Positions 46,800 to 56,533 of a stretch of DNA of 64,000 nucleotides are shown here, piece by piece (position 1 is the stretch's first letter; the number at the start of each line of letters is the position of its first letter). The stretch comes from an uncultured Acetobacteraceae bacterium (GTDB lineage Bacteria > Pseudomonadota > Alphaproteobacteria > Acetobacterales > Acetobacteraceae): assembly GCA_964242335.1 (NCBI GenBank), contig CAXTAY010000003.1, positions 105,069 through 169,068 on the forward strand, read 5' to 3'. The notes beneath the pieces were generated by a model. It saw only the letters and a list, made by a program, of their open reading frames with translations, had not been told where the DNA came from and did not search any database. A program made the position numbers and the translations under genes.

Positions 46800-47167
46800 A
46801 CGATCCTCCCGTCACGCTGCCTTCGTGTGCGCCAACCTTCGCGATCGCCGTGAGACACCCGTCTCGACTAGAACAGCCTTGCTGTTCTGCTTCAATGGTA
46901 AATTTTAGAAAGACAGAGCTGCCGGAGTCCAGAAAATAGTCATGCTGCACGTAAAGCGGAAGGTCACGGCGGATACGGCCGCCGGAGGCGCTCGCGAAGC
47001 GGATTTTCTGCCTAGGAAAAGAACAGCTTATTTTCGATCCGGCTTTTCCGCGAGGTGCCGTGCGCCGCAGCCGGCTTTCGATTTCCTTCACACCTGGCGA
47101 GGCGCCCGCCCCGTTTATGGCTCGTCGCTTCGAACCGCCCGGTTTCGAAAGCGCCGAAGCTGTGCTG

Positions 47168-48052
47168 TCAGGTGGCGTAGCTCGGGTTGTCGTGGATGAA
47201 CGCGGCGATCCCGCCGGGGCTGGTCAGCCACAGATCGGCGCGATGTGCGGCGATGTGCGCCAGCGCCTGGCGGATGCGCCGCAGCCGGAACGGCTGGCCG
47301 GCGATGAAGCTGTGCAGGATCACGCTCATCACCAGCGGCTGCTGCACCGCATCCTCGGCGAGTTGGTCGAACTGATCGACGATCATGTCGGCGAACTCGC
47401 TGGCGCTCGCCATCCGGCCGATGATCGTCGAACTGTCGTTGATCTCCTGCGAATAGGGGATCGACAGCAGCCGGCCGCGTCGGGTGCGCAGCCAGCAGGG
47501 CTGGTCGTCCATGCACCAGTCCAGCAGGTAGCCATAGCCGGCTTCCTGCAGCGCGTCCGGCGTCGTCGGCGTCTCCGCGATCCACGGGCTAGCCCAGCCG
47601 CGCGGCGCCTGTCCCTCCGCGGTTCGAATCGATCCCGTCACGCCGGCGATGTAGTCGCGCTCCTGCTGCTCCGTCATGCCGGCGATCGTGTCGGAGTTGG
47701 AGCGGCCATGCGCCACGATCTCGCAGCCGCCGGCACGGAACGCGTCCGTCAGTGCCGGCGCCTGGTGGTAGAGTGCGGTGTTGAGCAGGATCGTCGGCGG
47801 CAGGTCGAGCGCCTCCATCGCCTGCATGATCCGCCAGACGCCGACGCGGTTGCCGTACTCGCGCCAGGAGGCGTTCAGCACGTCGTGCGCGTCGCTGCCG
47901 CCCGGGACGAGGTTCTCCGTCATGCCCTCGCCGAACGCGTAGCACTCGACGCCGAGTGCGACGTAGACCGCGAGCCGCTTGCCGCCGGGCCAGCAGAAAT
48001 CCGGCCGGGCGGTGATCGGCCGGTAGCCGTACCGGCCATGGTGCCTGAGCAT
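47168..48052 (-). CDS. Polysaccharide deacetylase-family hydrolase (PuuE/allantoinase-like)
   Basis: ATG at 48052 (MLRHHGRYGYRPITARPDFCWPGGKRLAVYVALGVE) within ORF 47168..48925. The pattern is typical of PuuE-type deacetylase-fold enzymes. A TGATG overlap links it to the upstream gene. Confidence 0.85.
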   Translation of the reverse strand: MLRHHGRYGYRPITARPDFCWPGGKRLAVYVALGVECYAFGEGMTENLVPGGSDAHDVLNASWREYGNRVGVWRIMQAMEALDLPPTILLNTALYHQAPALTDAFRAGGCEIVAHGRSNSDTIAGMTEQQERDYIAGVTGSIRTAEGQAPRGWASPWIAETPTTPDALQEAGYGYLLDWCMDDQPCWLRTRRGRLLSIPYSQEINDSSTIIGRMASASEFADMIVDQFDQLAEDAVQQPLVMSVILHSFIAGQPFRLRRIRQALAHIAAHRADLWLTSPGGIAAFIHDNPSYAT

Positions 48053-49581
48053 CAGCCGATCCTCCCGGCATCGCGCGTCGGGATCCAGCGCGTCATCCCG
48101 ACCTCGGTGCCGGCGGCGCGGAGATACATGGCGCGGTAATGCGCGAGCCAGGGTGCCGCGTCGCGCGCGGCCTGAGCGGCACCGTCCTGTTCGCGGGCGA
48201 CTGCGCGCGCTTCCGCACGCAGCGCCTTCTCGTCGATCGTGCTCAGCGCGCCGTCGCGCATCACCACGTGGCCATCGACCATCGTCAGCCGCACCGAGGA
48301 GCCGTTCTCGCAATAGACCAGCTGGCGGTCGAGGTCGTTGAGCGGGGTGAAGGCGAGCGTGTCGAGGTCGAGCATGATCAGGTCGGCGCGCAGGCCGGGC
48401 GCCACCGCGCCGATGCGCCCGGTCTGGCGCATCGCCCGCGCCCCGCCGGTCACCAGGCAATCGAGCAGCTCCGCCGCACGCGGCCAGCGCTGGTAGTCCG
48501 GATCGGCGACGTTGTGGATCAGCCCGGCCATCTTCGCCACCGCCCAGAGATCGACCGCGTCGTCGGCGATCGCCTCGTCGCTGCCCAGGCAGATCGGGAT
48601 GCCGCGCTCGCGCAGCCGGCGGAACGGCATCACGCCGCTGCCCAGGCGCAGGTTGCTGATCGGATTGTGCGCCACCACCGCGCCGGCCGCGGCGATGGTG
48701 TCGAGATCGTCGTCGTCCATCCAGACCGCGTGGATCACGTTGGTGCGCTCGCTCAGCGCGCCGCGCCGCGCCGTCTCCTGCAGCAGCGAAGCGCCGCGCA
48801 TCTGGCCGAGCACGCGCTGCGTCCGCGTCTCCAGGATATGGATGTAGAAGGGCAGGTCGTGCGCCTGCGACAGCGCCTCCAGCGCACTCAGGTAAGCGTC
48901 CGAGACGCGTTGCGGCGCCGAGCACGACACCGCCGCCATCAGCCGCCCTCCGCAGGCGCCGTGCCAGCGCTCGAGCAGGTGGCGGTAGCGCGCCAGCAAC
49001 TCGTCCGCCTGCGCCGGGGCGGGTGCCTGCAGGCGCTGCCGCAGCGCCGGCGGCACGGCATCGCCCAGGAACGGCAGCTTGCCGATCTCCGGCAGGTCGG
49101 ACTGGTCGAGCGCCACGCGGGCGCGCATCCCGCTATCGGCGTAGGCCTGCAGGATCGCATCGATGACCTCGTCGGTCGGGACCGGGACGAGGAAGGCATC
49201 GTCCTGCACCGCCGTAACCCCGCCCTTCAGCATCTCGGCGCAGCCGAGCAGGGTGCGGACGTACGCCCAGCGCGGCGAGGGCATCAGCCCGGGCAAGCCG
49301 GGGCTCTCGTAGAGCATGAACAGCTCGAGCGGCAGGCTGTCGAGCGAGCCCTTGAGGTGGTTGACCGAGGAGTGGAAGTGGCCGTTGACCAGGCCCGGCA
49401 TCACCAGATGGCCGCGCGCGTCGATCACCTCGACCCCATCTCCCGGGCCGGTGACCGCGATGCTTCCGGCCTGCGCCACCGCGGCGATGACGGCGCCGTC
49501 TACCAGGATGTCGGCCTGCTCGGTCACCGGACGGCCGGGCACGAAGGAGCGCAGCGTGGCACCCCGGAACAGGGTCTTCAT
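48052..49581 (-). CDS. Amidohydrolase-superfamily deaminase/hydrolase
   Basis: ORF 48052..49581, 509 aa, with the metal-binding HxH motif (PGLVNGHFHS) and later HILE, HAVW and GSDE blocks typical of the guanine/cytosine-deaminase-like clade. Confidence 0.88.
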   Translation of the reverse strand: MKTLFRGATLRSFVPGRPVTEQADILVDGAVIAAVAQAGSIAVTGPGDGVEVIDARGHLVMPGLVNGHFHSSVNHLKGSLDSLPLELFMLYESPGLPGLMPSPRWAYVRTLLGCAEMLKGGVTAVQDDAFLVPVPTDEVIDAILQAYADSGMRARVALDQSDLPEIGKLPFLGDAVPPALRQRLQAPAPAQADELLARYRHLLERWHGACGGRLMAAVSCSAPQRVSDAYLSALEALSQAHDLPFYIHILETRTQRVLGQMRGASLLQETARRGALSERTNVIHAVWMDDDDLDTIAAAGAVVAHNPISNLRLGSGVMPFRRLRERGIPICLGSDEAIADDAVDLWAVAKMAGLIHNVADPDYQRWPRAAELLDCLVTGGARAMRQTGRIGAVAPGLRADLIMLDLDTLAFTPLNDLDRQLVYCENGSSVRLTMVDGHVVMRDGALSTIDEKALRAEARAVAREQDGAAQAARDAAPWLAHYRAMYLRAAGTEVGMTRWIPTRDAGRIG

Positions 49582-49721
49582 GCGACGCGCCGTTCGCCCG
49601 GCAGCCGTGGCGCCGTCGCGCAGTCGGCGCGCGTGCTGGTGCTCAGCCCGTCCTCGACCAGGCCGTCAGCCATCTTCAGCGCGACCACCACGCCGTCGAT
49701 CACCGGCACGCCGGGCTCCGG
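49578..49721 (-). pseudogene. Remnant of an Asp/Glu/hydantoin racemase-family gene (C-terminal ~47 codons only)
   Basis: The tail of ORF 49578..49913 reads PGVPVIDGVVVALKMADGLVEDGLSTS, resembling the conserved C-terminus of hydantoin/Asp-Glu racemases. Its stop overlaps the amidohydrolase start (ATGA). The upstream part of the ORF is Arg/Ala-rich with no homology, and the gap is too short for a full gene. Confidence 0.35.
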
Positions 49722-49912
49722 CGGTCGGCTGCACCAGCGACCACACCCCGGCGCTGAGGCTCCTGCGGGCCGGCCGGATCGGGCTCGAGCACCGGCTTGC
49801 ATGGCGGCTGTCCTCCTCTCGCGGCGCCGTTTGCCGAAGCAACAAGCACGCCAAGGGCATGCGACCCGGCTTTCGACCACCGCTTGCGCGAAACCGGTCG
49901 GAGGCTCTCTCA

Positions 49913-50686
49913 CTACGCCATGATGATGTTCAGCCCGGCCTGTTCCAGCGGCCGCAGCGCCGGCGCGGCCGCCCCGGTATCGGTGACCAGCAGCTCCGCA
50001 TCCTGCACCTTCATGATCTTCGCCGTCGCGACGTGGCCGATCTTGCCGTGGTCGGCGACGAACACGACGCGCGAGGCGGCGGCGACGATGGCGTGCTTGA
50101 CCTCCGCCTCCTCCCAGCTCTGCGTGGTGAAGCCTTTCTCTGCATCGACCCCGGAACAGGCAACGAAGGCGACGTCGGCATTGATCTGGCGCAGCAGCGT
50201 GGTGGCGAAGGGCGAGATCAGGCAGCGCTGCGGCTTGGCCACGGTACCGCCGGTGACGATCACCTTCACTCCCATGTGGGTCTCGAGCTCCAGCGCCACG
50301 TCCAGCGCCGGCGTCACCACGGCGACGTCCTGCAGCGTTGCGGGCAGCGCGCGCGCCAATGCCAGGGTGGTGCTGCCGGCGTCGATGATGATGGTCTCGC
50401 CGTCGCGCACCAGGCTCGCCGCCATCTCGCCGATGCGCCGCTTCTCCTCCTCGAAGGCGTTGTGCAGCGGGTGCAGCGAGCGCTGGAACCGGGCCGGCCG
50501 GATCGCGATCGCGCCGCCGCGCAGCCGCCGCAGCACCTGCTGTCGTTCCAGCGCGTCGAGGTCGTTGCGTATGGTCACCACCGACACTCCGAGCGCGTCC
50601 GACAGCGAGGCCACCGTCACCTTGCCCTCGATCCTGAGCCTGTCGATGATCTCCTTCTGGCGGCTGACCGCCCCGAACGCGGTCAT
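49913..50686 (-). CDS. DeoR/GlpR family transcriptional regulator
   Basis: ORF 49913..50686. It has an N-terminal HTH (VTVASLSDALGVSVVTIRNDLDALE) and a DeoR C-terminal sensor domain (IIIDAGSTT...). Confidence 0.9.
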   Translation of the reverse strand: MTAFGAVSRQKEIIDRLRIEGKVTVASLSDALGVSVVTIRNDLDALERQQVLRRLRGGAIAIRPARFQRSLHPLHNAFEEEKRRIGEMAASLVRDGETIIIDAGSTTLALARALPATLQDVAVVTPALDVALELETHMGVKVIVTGGTVAKPQRCLISPFATTLLRQINADVAFVACSGVDAEKGFTTQSWEEAEVKHAIVAAASRVVFVADHGKIGHVATAKIMKVQDAELLVTDTGAAAPALRPLEQAGLNIIMA

Positions 50687-50930
50687 CGGTGCCGCGGCTT
50701 CCGTCCGGACCGGTTTTCGTTCTTCATCGCAAGCACTTCTCTCGGACAGATCTGGCCGAACCGCGGGTGATGTCGTTTTCTGCTAAGCCTTACGCTCGCA
50801 CGGATTTCCATCGTCTTCCAAGCCTGCCAAAGCTCTTCGAAGCGCTTTTGCGACGATGGCTTTCGAAGATAGTCCTTGTCCGCGGCCGAGGGGCGCCGCA
50901 TCGTCGCGTGCCGCCGCGCCGGAGCCCTCG

Positions 50931-52109
50931 ATGAGCGTTGCCCTGACACCGCTGCTGGCGGCGAATTCTCCGCTCGATATGCGTGCGCGTCGCCTGGTCG
51001 CGGCGCTGTTCGCGCGGGAGCAGCAGCTGATGGCGGCGCTGCCCACCGACGAGCCGCGTGACCCGAAGCGCCTGCACCGGGTGATGCTGACCCGCGGCGA
51101 GATGTTCGGCCAGCCGGACGCGATCCGAACGACCTGGTTGCACGAGGACACGTCGGTCGACCGGATCGCGCGCCAGCTGGCCGATGGCGGCCTGAACCGC
51201 GTCTATCTGGTCGGCTGCGGCGACTCGCTCGCGGTGATGATCGGCCTGCGCCTTCTGCTCGAACGTATGCTGGGCGTCCCCTGCGAGCCGGTGCAGGCGC
51301 TCGACTTCGCCTATTATTACGGCACCCTGCTCGGACCGGACACGCTGGTCGTCAGCCTCAGTTCCAGCGGCACCACCACGCGCACGGTGGAGGCGCTGCT
51401 GATCGCGCGCGCGCGCGGCGCCCGCACGCTGGCGCTCAGCAACAATCCCGGCTCCGCGCTGATGGCGGAGTCCGAGCACGGCCTGCTCGTGCACGCGCAG
51501 CGCCGGGGGTGGCCGACCCAGTCGAGCACGGCGGCACTGGCGCTGCTCTGCCGGCTCGCGGTGCGGATCGGCTTGATGCGGCGGCGACCGGAGGCGGCGG
51601 CGCTGGAGCGAGCCCTGAGCGGCCTGCCGGACCGGATGGCCGAGATCCTGCTCAGCCTCGACCCTGTGCTGGCCGGTCTCGCCGAGGCGGAGGCCGGCAA
51701 GACGATCTTCCTGTTCACCGGCGGCGGCCCGGCCTACGCCTCGGCCCTGTTCGGCGCCGTTAAGATGAAGGAATGCGCGCCGGACCATGCCATGGCGATC
51801 CCGCTCGAGGAGTTCCACCACTATAATTCGCAGAAGCCGGGCGACCCCCTGTTCGTGCTTGCCCCGTCCGGACCCTCGGTCGCGCGCGCCCGCGACACCG
51901 CGGAGGAGGGACGCCGCTGGGGCGGCCGCATCTACGGCGTGGTGCACGAGGCGGAGACGGCGCTCGATGCGTGCAGCGACCAGGTGATCCGGCTGCCGGA
52001 CGTGCCCGAGTGCCTGGCGGCGCTCACCCTGACGCTGCCGCTGCAGCTGTTCGCCTATCACGTCGCGATGGCGAAGTTCCGGCGCGCCGGCGCGGCGATC
52101 CCGGCCTGA
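50931..52109 (+). CDS. SIS-domain sugar-phosphate isomerase/deglycase-like protein (GlmS-C/FrlB-like)
   Basis: ORF 50856..52109. I prefer the ATG at 50931 as the start. There are two SIS-like halves (VYLVGCGDSLAV...VVSLSSSGTTTRTVEA; FLFTGGGPAYASALFGAVKMKE). Confidence 0.8.
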   Translation: MSVALTPLLAANSPLDMRARRLVAALFAREQQLMAALPTDEPRDPKRLHRVMLTRGEMFGQPDAIRTTWLHEDTSVDRIARQLADGGLNRVYLVGCGDSLAVMIGLRLLLERMLGVPCEPVQALDFAYYYGTLLGPDTLVVSLSSSGTTTRTVEALLIARARGARTLALSNNPGSALMAESEHGLLVHAQRRGWPTQSSTAALALLCRLAVRIGLMRRRPEAAALERALSGLPDRMAEILLSLDPVLAGLAEAEAGKTIFLFTGGGPAYASALFGAVKMKECAPDHAMAIPLEEFHHYNSQKPGDPLFVLAPSGPSVARARDTAEEGRRWGGRIYGVVHEAETALDACSDQVIRLPDVPECLAALTLTLPLQLFAYHVAMAKFRRAGAAIPA

Positions 52110-52120
52110 GCGAGCGCGGC

Positions 52121-53098
52121 GTGCCGCCGGCGCCGCGCCTGGTCTGCCTGGGCAACCTCAGCCTCGATAATGTGGTACAGCCGGGGATCGCGTCATCAAG
52201 CGGCATGACGCACTCGGCCCGCGCCGGGGGCGATGCGCTCTACGGCGTGCTGGCGGCGCGGCTCGTGCTGCCGGAGACCGCGATGCTGGCGCCGGTCGGT
52301 CGCGACCTGCCGCCCGACATGGCCGCGTTGCTCGCGTCGTACGGCCTCTCGCCGGAGGCAATGCCGCGTCGGGACCGACCGACCCTGCGCAACCGGATCG
52401 TCTATGAGACCCACGACCGGCGGGTCGTCACGCTGCTGTCGGAGGACGCGGACTTCGAGGTCCTGTCGCCGCGCAGCGCCGACATGCCGGAGCACTACTG
52501 GGCGGCGGATGCCTTCATGATCCTGGCGATGACGCTGGAGGCGCAGCGCGACCTGGTGCAAGGCTGCCGCAGCCGGACCCGCGCGCTGGTGGCACTGGAT
52601 CCGCAGGAGGAATATGTCGAGGGCAACGTCGAGGCGATCCTCGATCTGATCACGCGAGTGGACGTGTTCATGCCCAGCCTCGATGAGGTGCGCCGCCTGT
52701 TGGGTCATGCCGAGCCCGCTCGCGCCGCGAGGCAGCTCGCGGCGCGCGGACCCGGCATCGTGGTGGTCAAGATGGGTGCCGAGGGCAGCTTGATTCATCA
52801 GGCTGCGACCGGCCGCGACATCGTCATGCCGGCCTATCCGGTGCGCCCGTTCGACGCCACGGGTGCCGGCGACGCCTACTGCTCGGCGTTCATGGCGGCC
52901 CTGGTGACGATGCCGGGCGATCCGCTGCGCGCCGGCGCGGCGGGTGCGGTGGCGGCCTCCTACGCCGTCGGCGGCTATGGGATCGACGGCCTCGTCGCGG
53001 CGAGTGCCGCCGATCTCGGCGCACGGCTCGAGCACTGGTCCGGCTTCCGGTCGATCCGGGCAAAATGCCCCTGGACGCGTAACACTCCGGAACCCTGA
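52121..53098 (+). CDS. PfkB-family carbohydrate kinase
   Basis: GTG at 52121 within ORF 51971..53098. It has VCLGNLSLDNV at the N-terminus and the C-terminal anion-hole motif DATGAGDAYCSAF. Confidence 0.8.
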   Translation: MPPAPRLVCLGNLSLDNVVQPGIASSSGMTHSARAGGDALYGVLAARLVLPETAMLAPVGRDLPPDMAALLASYGLSPEAMPRRDRPTLRNRIVYETHDRRVVTLLSEDADFEVLSPRSADMPEHYWAADAFMILAMTLEAQRDLVQGCRSRTRALVALDPQEEYVEGNVEAILDLITRVDVFMPSLDEVRRLLGHAEPARAARQLAARGPGIVVVKMGAEGSLIHQAATGRDIVMPAYPVRPFDATGAGDAYCSAFMAALVTMPGDPLRAGAAGAVAASYAVGGYGIDGLVAASAADLGARLEHWSGFRSIRAKCPWTRNTPEP

Positions 53099-53336
53099 AC
53101 GCGCTGCTCGATTACCACCTGCGATGGGCCGGGGTGTTCCCTGGATGACCCTGGCGGAAGCGATCCGGACAGATCGCATCCGTCGCAGTTCCACGCTCAC
53201 CGGATCTCAAGCAATGCACGTGACCAGAGGATGAGTGCGACAGCACATCGACGACGCCGCATCCGGCATCACGAGCAGATCAGCCAACAGGAATCGTCGA
53301 AGCATCTTCAGCCCGGATCCTGACGTGCGTTCAGGC

Positions 53337-54329
53337 ATGGCCGGGACCCTGAGGGCGACGAACATGTCGGTCGTCCCCAGGCTGCTGGCATCGGCATCGC
53401 TGTTGTCGCTCGGCGGATGCTCGCTGGGCCAGTTCTGGGTGCTGCAACCGCGCGGCCCGGTTGCCGAGACCAGCCTGTATTCGCTGCTGGTCGAGACGGC
53501 CGCGATGATGCTGATCATCGGCCCGACGACGCTGCTGATCCTGTGGTGCATCTGGCGCTATCGCAAGGCGAATGCGAGGGGCGCCTACACTCCGGGCTGG
53601 TCGCATTCGCTGTCGATCGAGATCATCTCATGGGGTTTCCCGCTCGCCATCGTGGCGTTCCTGAGTTGCCTCTCGTACTGGGGCACCTTCCGAGTGAACC
53701 CGTTCAGCCCCGGCGTGATGGCGCCGGGCTTGAACCCCGACAACGACAGGAAGCCAGTCGACGTCGAGGTGGTTACCACTGACTGGCAGTGGCTGTTCAT
53801 CTATCCCGATCACCACATCGCTGCGGCGAACGAACTCGTGGTGCCGGTACACACGCCGATCCGCTTCCGCATGACGTCTGCGACGGTCTCGAACGACTTT
53901 TATATCCCGCAGCTCGCCGGCCAGATCGACATCATGCCGGGGATGCTGACCAAGCAGGGCCTGATCGCGAACCAGCCAGGCGTCTACGAAGGGATCGCCG
54001 GCGAGTTCAACGGCCCGGGCTTCTCGTGGATGCAGTTCAAGACACGCGTGGTGTCGCAGGCCGCGTTCGAGCGGTGGACGAGCGACGTGGGAAGATCCTC
54101 CAAGCATCTCGACCAGGCCGAGTTCGATCGGTTCGCGACACCGACGATCAATCGAAGCGGCAAGGCGATCTACTTCTCCGCAGTGGACGACAAGCTGTTC
54201 GGCCACGTCATTCAGGACGTCATGATGGGCAAGATCTATCCCACGCCACCCAACATGACCGAGAAGAAGTCCTCGCAGGCGCCGGGAGGTCGGCAGCCGG
54301 AGAAGGCCGCCGCCTCGTCGTCGCCCTAA
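53337..54329 (+). CDS. cyoA: Cytochrome o ubiquinol oxidase subunit II
   Basis: ATG at 53337 within ORF 53235..54329 (alternative ATG at 53364). It has a lipobox (SLLSLGGCS), two TM segments and a cupredoxin-like domain lacking CuA ligands (VSNDFYIPQLAGQI). Confidence 0.9.
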   Translation: MAGTLRATNMSVVPRLLASASLLSLGGCSLGQFWVLQPRGPVAETSLYSLLVETAAMMLIIGPTTLLILWCIWRYRKANARGAYTPGWSHSLSIEIISWGFPLAIVAFLSCLSYWGTFRVNPFSPGVMAPGLNPDNDRKPVDVEVVTTDWQWLFIYPDHHIAAANELVVPVHTPIRFRMTSATVSNDFYIPQLAGQIDIMPGMLTKQGLIANQPGVYEGIAGEFNGPGFSWMQFKTRVVSQAAFERWTSDVGRSSKHLDQAEFDRFATPTINRSGKAIYFSAVDDKLFGHVIQDVMMGKIYPTPPNMTEKKSSQAPGGRQPEKAAASSSP

Positions 54330-54345
54330 TCAGGAATCGCGCACC

Positions 54346-56448
54346 ATGGTCAATCTGGAAGGTCATTGGAGCCCGCTCCTCGGCCGGCTGACGCTTTCGG
54401 AAATCCCTTACGACAACCCGGTCGTCGGCGGCGCCTTCGTGTTCGCCGTGCTGCTCGGGCTGCTCATCCTGGCGGTGATCACCTATCTCGGTAAGTGGGG
54501 CTATCTCTGGCGCGAGTGGCTAACCACGGTCGACCACAAGCGGATCGGCATCATGTACGTGATCGTCGGCGTCGTGATGCTGTTCCGCGGCTTCGTCGAC
54601 GCGATCATGATGCGCACCCAGCAGATGCTCGCGGCCGGGCCGGCATCGGTCGGCTATCTCGGCGCCGAGCACGGCTACCTGCCGCCGTACCATTACGACC
54701 AGATCTACGGGTCCCACGGGACCATCATGCTGATCTTCGCGGCGACGCCGATCCTGGCCGGCTTCATGAACTACCTGCTGCCGCTGCAGATCGGCGCGCG
54801 CGACATGGCGTTCCCGTACCTGAACGCGGTCGGGCTGTGGATGACGGTGGTCGGCGCCGGGCTGGTGATGCTCTCGCTGTTCGTCGGCGACTTCAGCCAC
54901 GCCGGCTGGAGCGGCCTCGCGCCGCTCACGGAGATGCCGTACAGCCCCGATGTCGGGGTGGATTACTGGAGCTGGGCGCTGCAGATCGGCAGCATCGGCA
55001 CCACGCTCGGCGCGGTCAACATCATCGCGACCATCATCAAGATGCGCGCGCCCGGCATGACCTGGATGCGCCTGCCGATGTTCACCTGGACGGCGCTGAC
55101 CACCAACGTCATCGGGCTGACCGCCTTCCCAGTGCTCGGCGTCGCGATCGGCCTGCTGACCCTCGACCGCTATTTCGGCACCCACTTCTACACGACCGGG
55201 TTCGGCGGCAACTTCATGCTCTACACCGACCTGTTCTGGATCTGGGGCCACCCGGAGGTGTATTTCATCATCCTTCCGGCCTGGGGCATGATGTCGGAGA
55301 TCATCCCGACCTTTTCGGAAAAGCCGCTGTTCGGCTACCCGGTCATGGTCGCGGCGAGCCTGAGCATCGGCTGCATCTCCTGGACCGTCTGGCTGCACCA
55401 TTTCTTCACCATGGGTGCGGGACCGGTCGTCAGCGTGTTCTACAGCGTGTCGACGATGCTGGTGTCGATCCCGACCGGCGTGAAGGTGTTCAACTGGGCC
55501 TTCACCATGTATCGCGGCCGCCTCAGCTTCACGACGCCGATGCTGTGGGCGGTCGCGGCGATCTTCATGCAGCTGATCGGCGGCCTGACCGGCATGATGC
55601 TGGCGATCCCGGCGATCAACTACATGACCCACAACAGCGTGTTCGTCGTGGCCCATTTCCACTGCGTGATCATGGTGACGCTGTTCGCCTCGATCGCCGG
55701 TGCCACGTTCTGGTTTCCCAAGGTATTCGGCTTCAAGCTCGACGAGGCGAGCGGGCAGGTGGTGTTCTGGCTGTTCATCGCCGGCACTTTCACCGTCTTC
55801 ACCGCCATGTTCGCGCTCGGCTTCGCCGGCATGCCGCGGCGCCTCGCCTACATCCCCTACGCGGGCTGGAAGCCGCTGCTGGTGATCGAGGAGTTGGGCG
55901 TCTTCATGTACATCGCCGGCCTCGTCGCGTACGTCTATCAGATCTATGTCAGCGTCCGGAAGCGGGTCGAGAACCGGGTCGACATGGACGCCTGGGGCAC
56001 CACCCGCAGCCTCGAGTGGATGACCCACTCCCCGGTGCCGGCGTACAACTTCGCGCTGATCCCGCACGTCAATGCGCGCGACGAGTGGGCCTGGCGCAAG
56101 GCGAACGGCCTCGGCGGGGTGATGCCGGATCACTACGAGGACATCGAGGTTCCGCTCAACACCATGGTGCCGCTGCTGATCGGGGCCGCCACCGCGGCGT
56201 TCGGATTCGCGATGGTGTGGCGCATCTGGTGGCTCGCGATCATCGCGATGATCGCGGTCGTCGCCATCATCGTCATCCGCTCCTTCGGTGGCAGCACCGG
56301 CACCAAGATCACCGCGGACGAGGTCCGGCGCACCGAGCGTGCGGCGGCGAACTGGCGTCCGCGTCCGAACCCGGGTGGTGGCATGCTGCCAGGCGGCGTG
56401 GTCGCGTTCGGTGCCGAGAAGGCCGCTGATATCGGGCGGCGACGCTGA
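54346..56448 (+). CDS. cyoB: Cytochrome o ubiquinol oxidase subunit I
   Basis: ORF 54346..56448, 700 aa, with haem-copper oxidase subunit I blocks (WLTTVDHKRIGIMY; FWIWGHPEVYFIILP; HNSVFVVAHFH). Confidence 0.95.
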   Translation: MVNLEGHWSPLLGRLTLSEIPYDNPVVGGAFVFAVLLGLLILAVITYLGKWGYLWREWLTTVDHKRIGIMYVIVGVVMLFRGFVDAIMMRTQQMLAAGPASVGYLGAEHGYLPPYHYDQIYGSHGTIMLIFAATPILAGFMNYLLPLQIGARDMAFPYLNAVGLWMTVVGAGLVMLSLFVGDFSHAGWSGLAPLTEMPYSPDVGVDYWSWALQIGSIGTTLGAVNIIATIIKMRAPGMTWMRLPMFTWTALTTNVIGLTAFPVLGVAIGLLTLDRYFGTHFYTTGFGGNFMLYTDLFWIWGHPEVYFIILPAWGMMSEIIPTFSEKPLFGYPVMVAASLSIGCISWTVWLHHFFTMGAGPVVSVFYSVSTMLVSIPTGVKVFNWAFTMYRGRLSFTTPMLWAVAAIFMQLIGGLTGMMLAIPAINYMTHNSVFVVAHFHCVIMVTLFASIAGATFWFPKVFGFKLDEASGQVVFWLFIAGTFTVFTAMFALGFAGMPRRLAYIPYAGWKPLLVIEELGVFMYIAGLVAYVYQIYVSVRKRVENRVDMDAWGTTRSLEWMTHSPVPAYNFALIPHVNARDEWAWRKANGLGGVMPDHYEDIEVPLNTMVPLLIGAATAAFGFAMVWRIWWLAIIAMIAVVAIIVIRSFGGSTGTKITADEVRRTERAAANWRPRPNPGGGMLPGGVVAFGAEKAADIGRRR

Positions 56449-56533
56449 ACACGATGCGCGTCCCGTTGAGGCCTTGCCCCTGGAGGTCGGCCCCCCGGCC
56501 GGCTTCGGTCACATCAAGCCAAGGCCATGCCCG

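Noticed and set aside
46800-47167. A possible riboswitch (TPP or cobalamin) in the 5' leader of the TonB-dependent receptor.
   Set aside because: I read the reverse complement and found no CUGAGA/ACCUGA (TPP) or GCCACUG (B12-box) core, and no convincing multi-stem architecture. Only a short palindrome is present, reported separately at low interest.
47610-47640. GGTTCGAATC, a tRNA T-arm-like string.
   Set aside because: It lies inside the well-supported PuuE-like CDS, and no acceptor stem or anticodon-arm cloverleaf can be drawn around it. I found no tRNA anywhere in the window.
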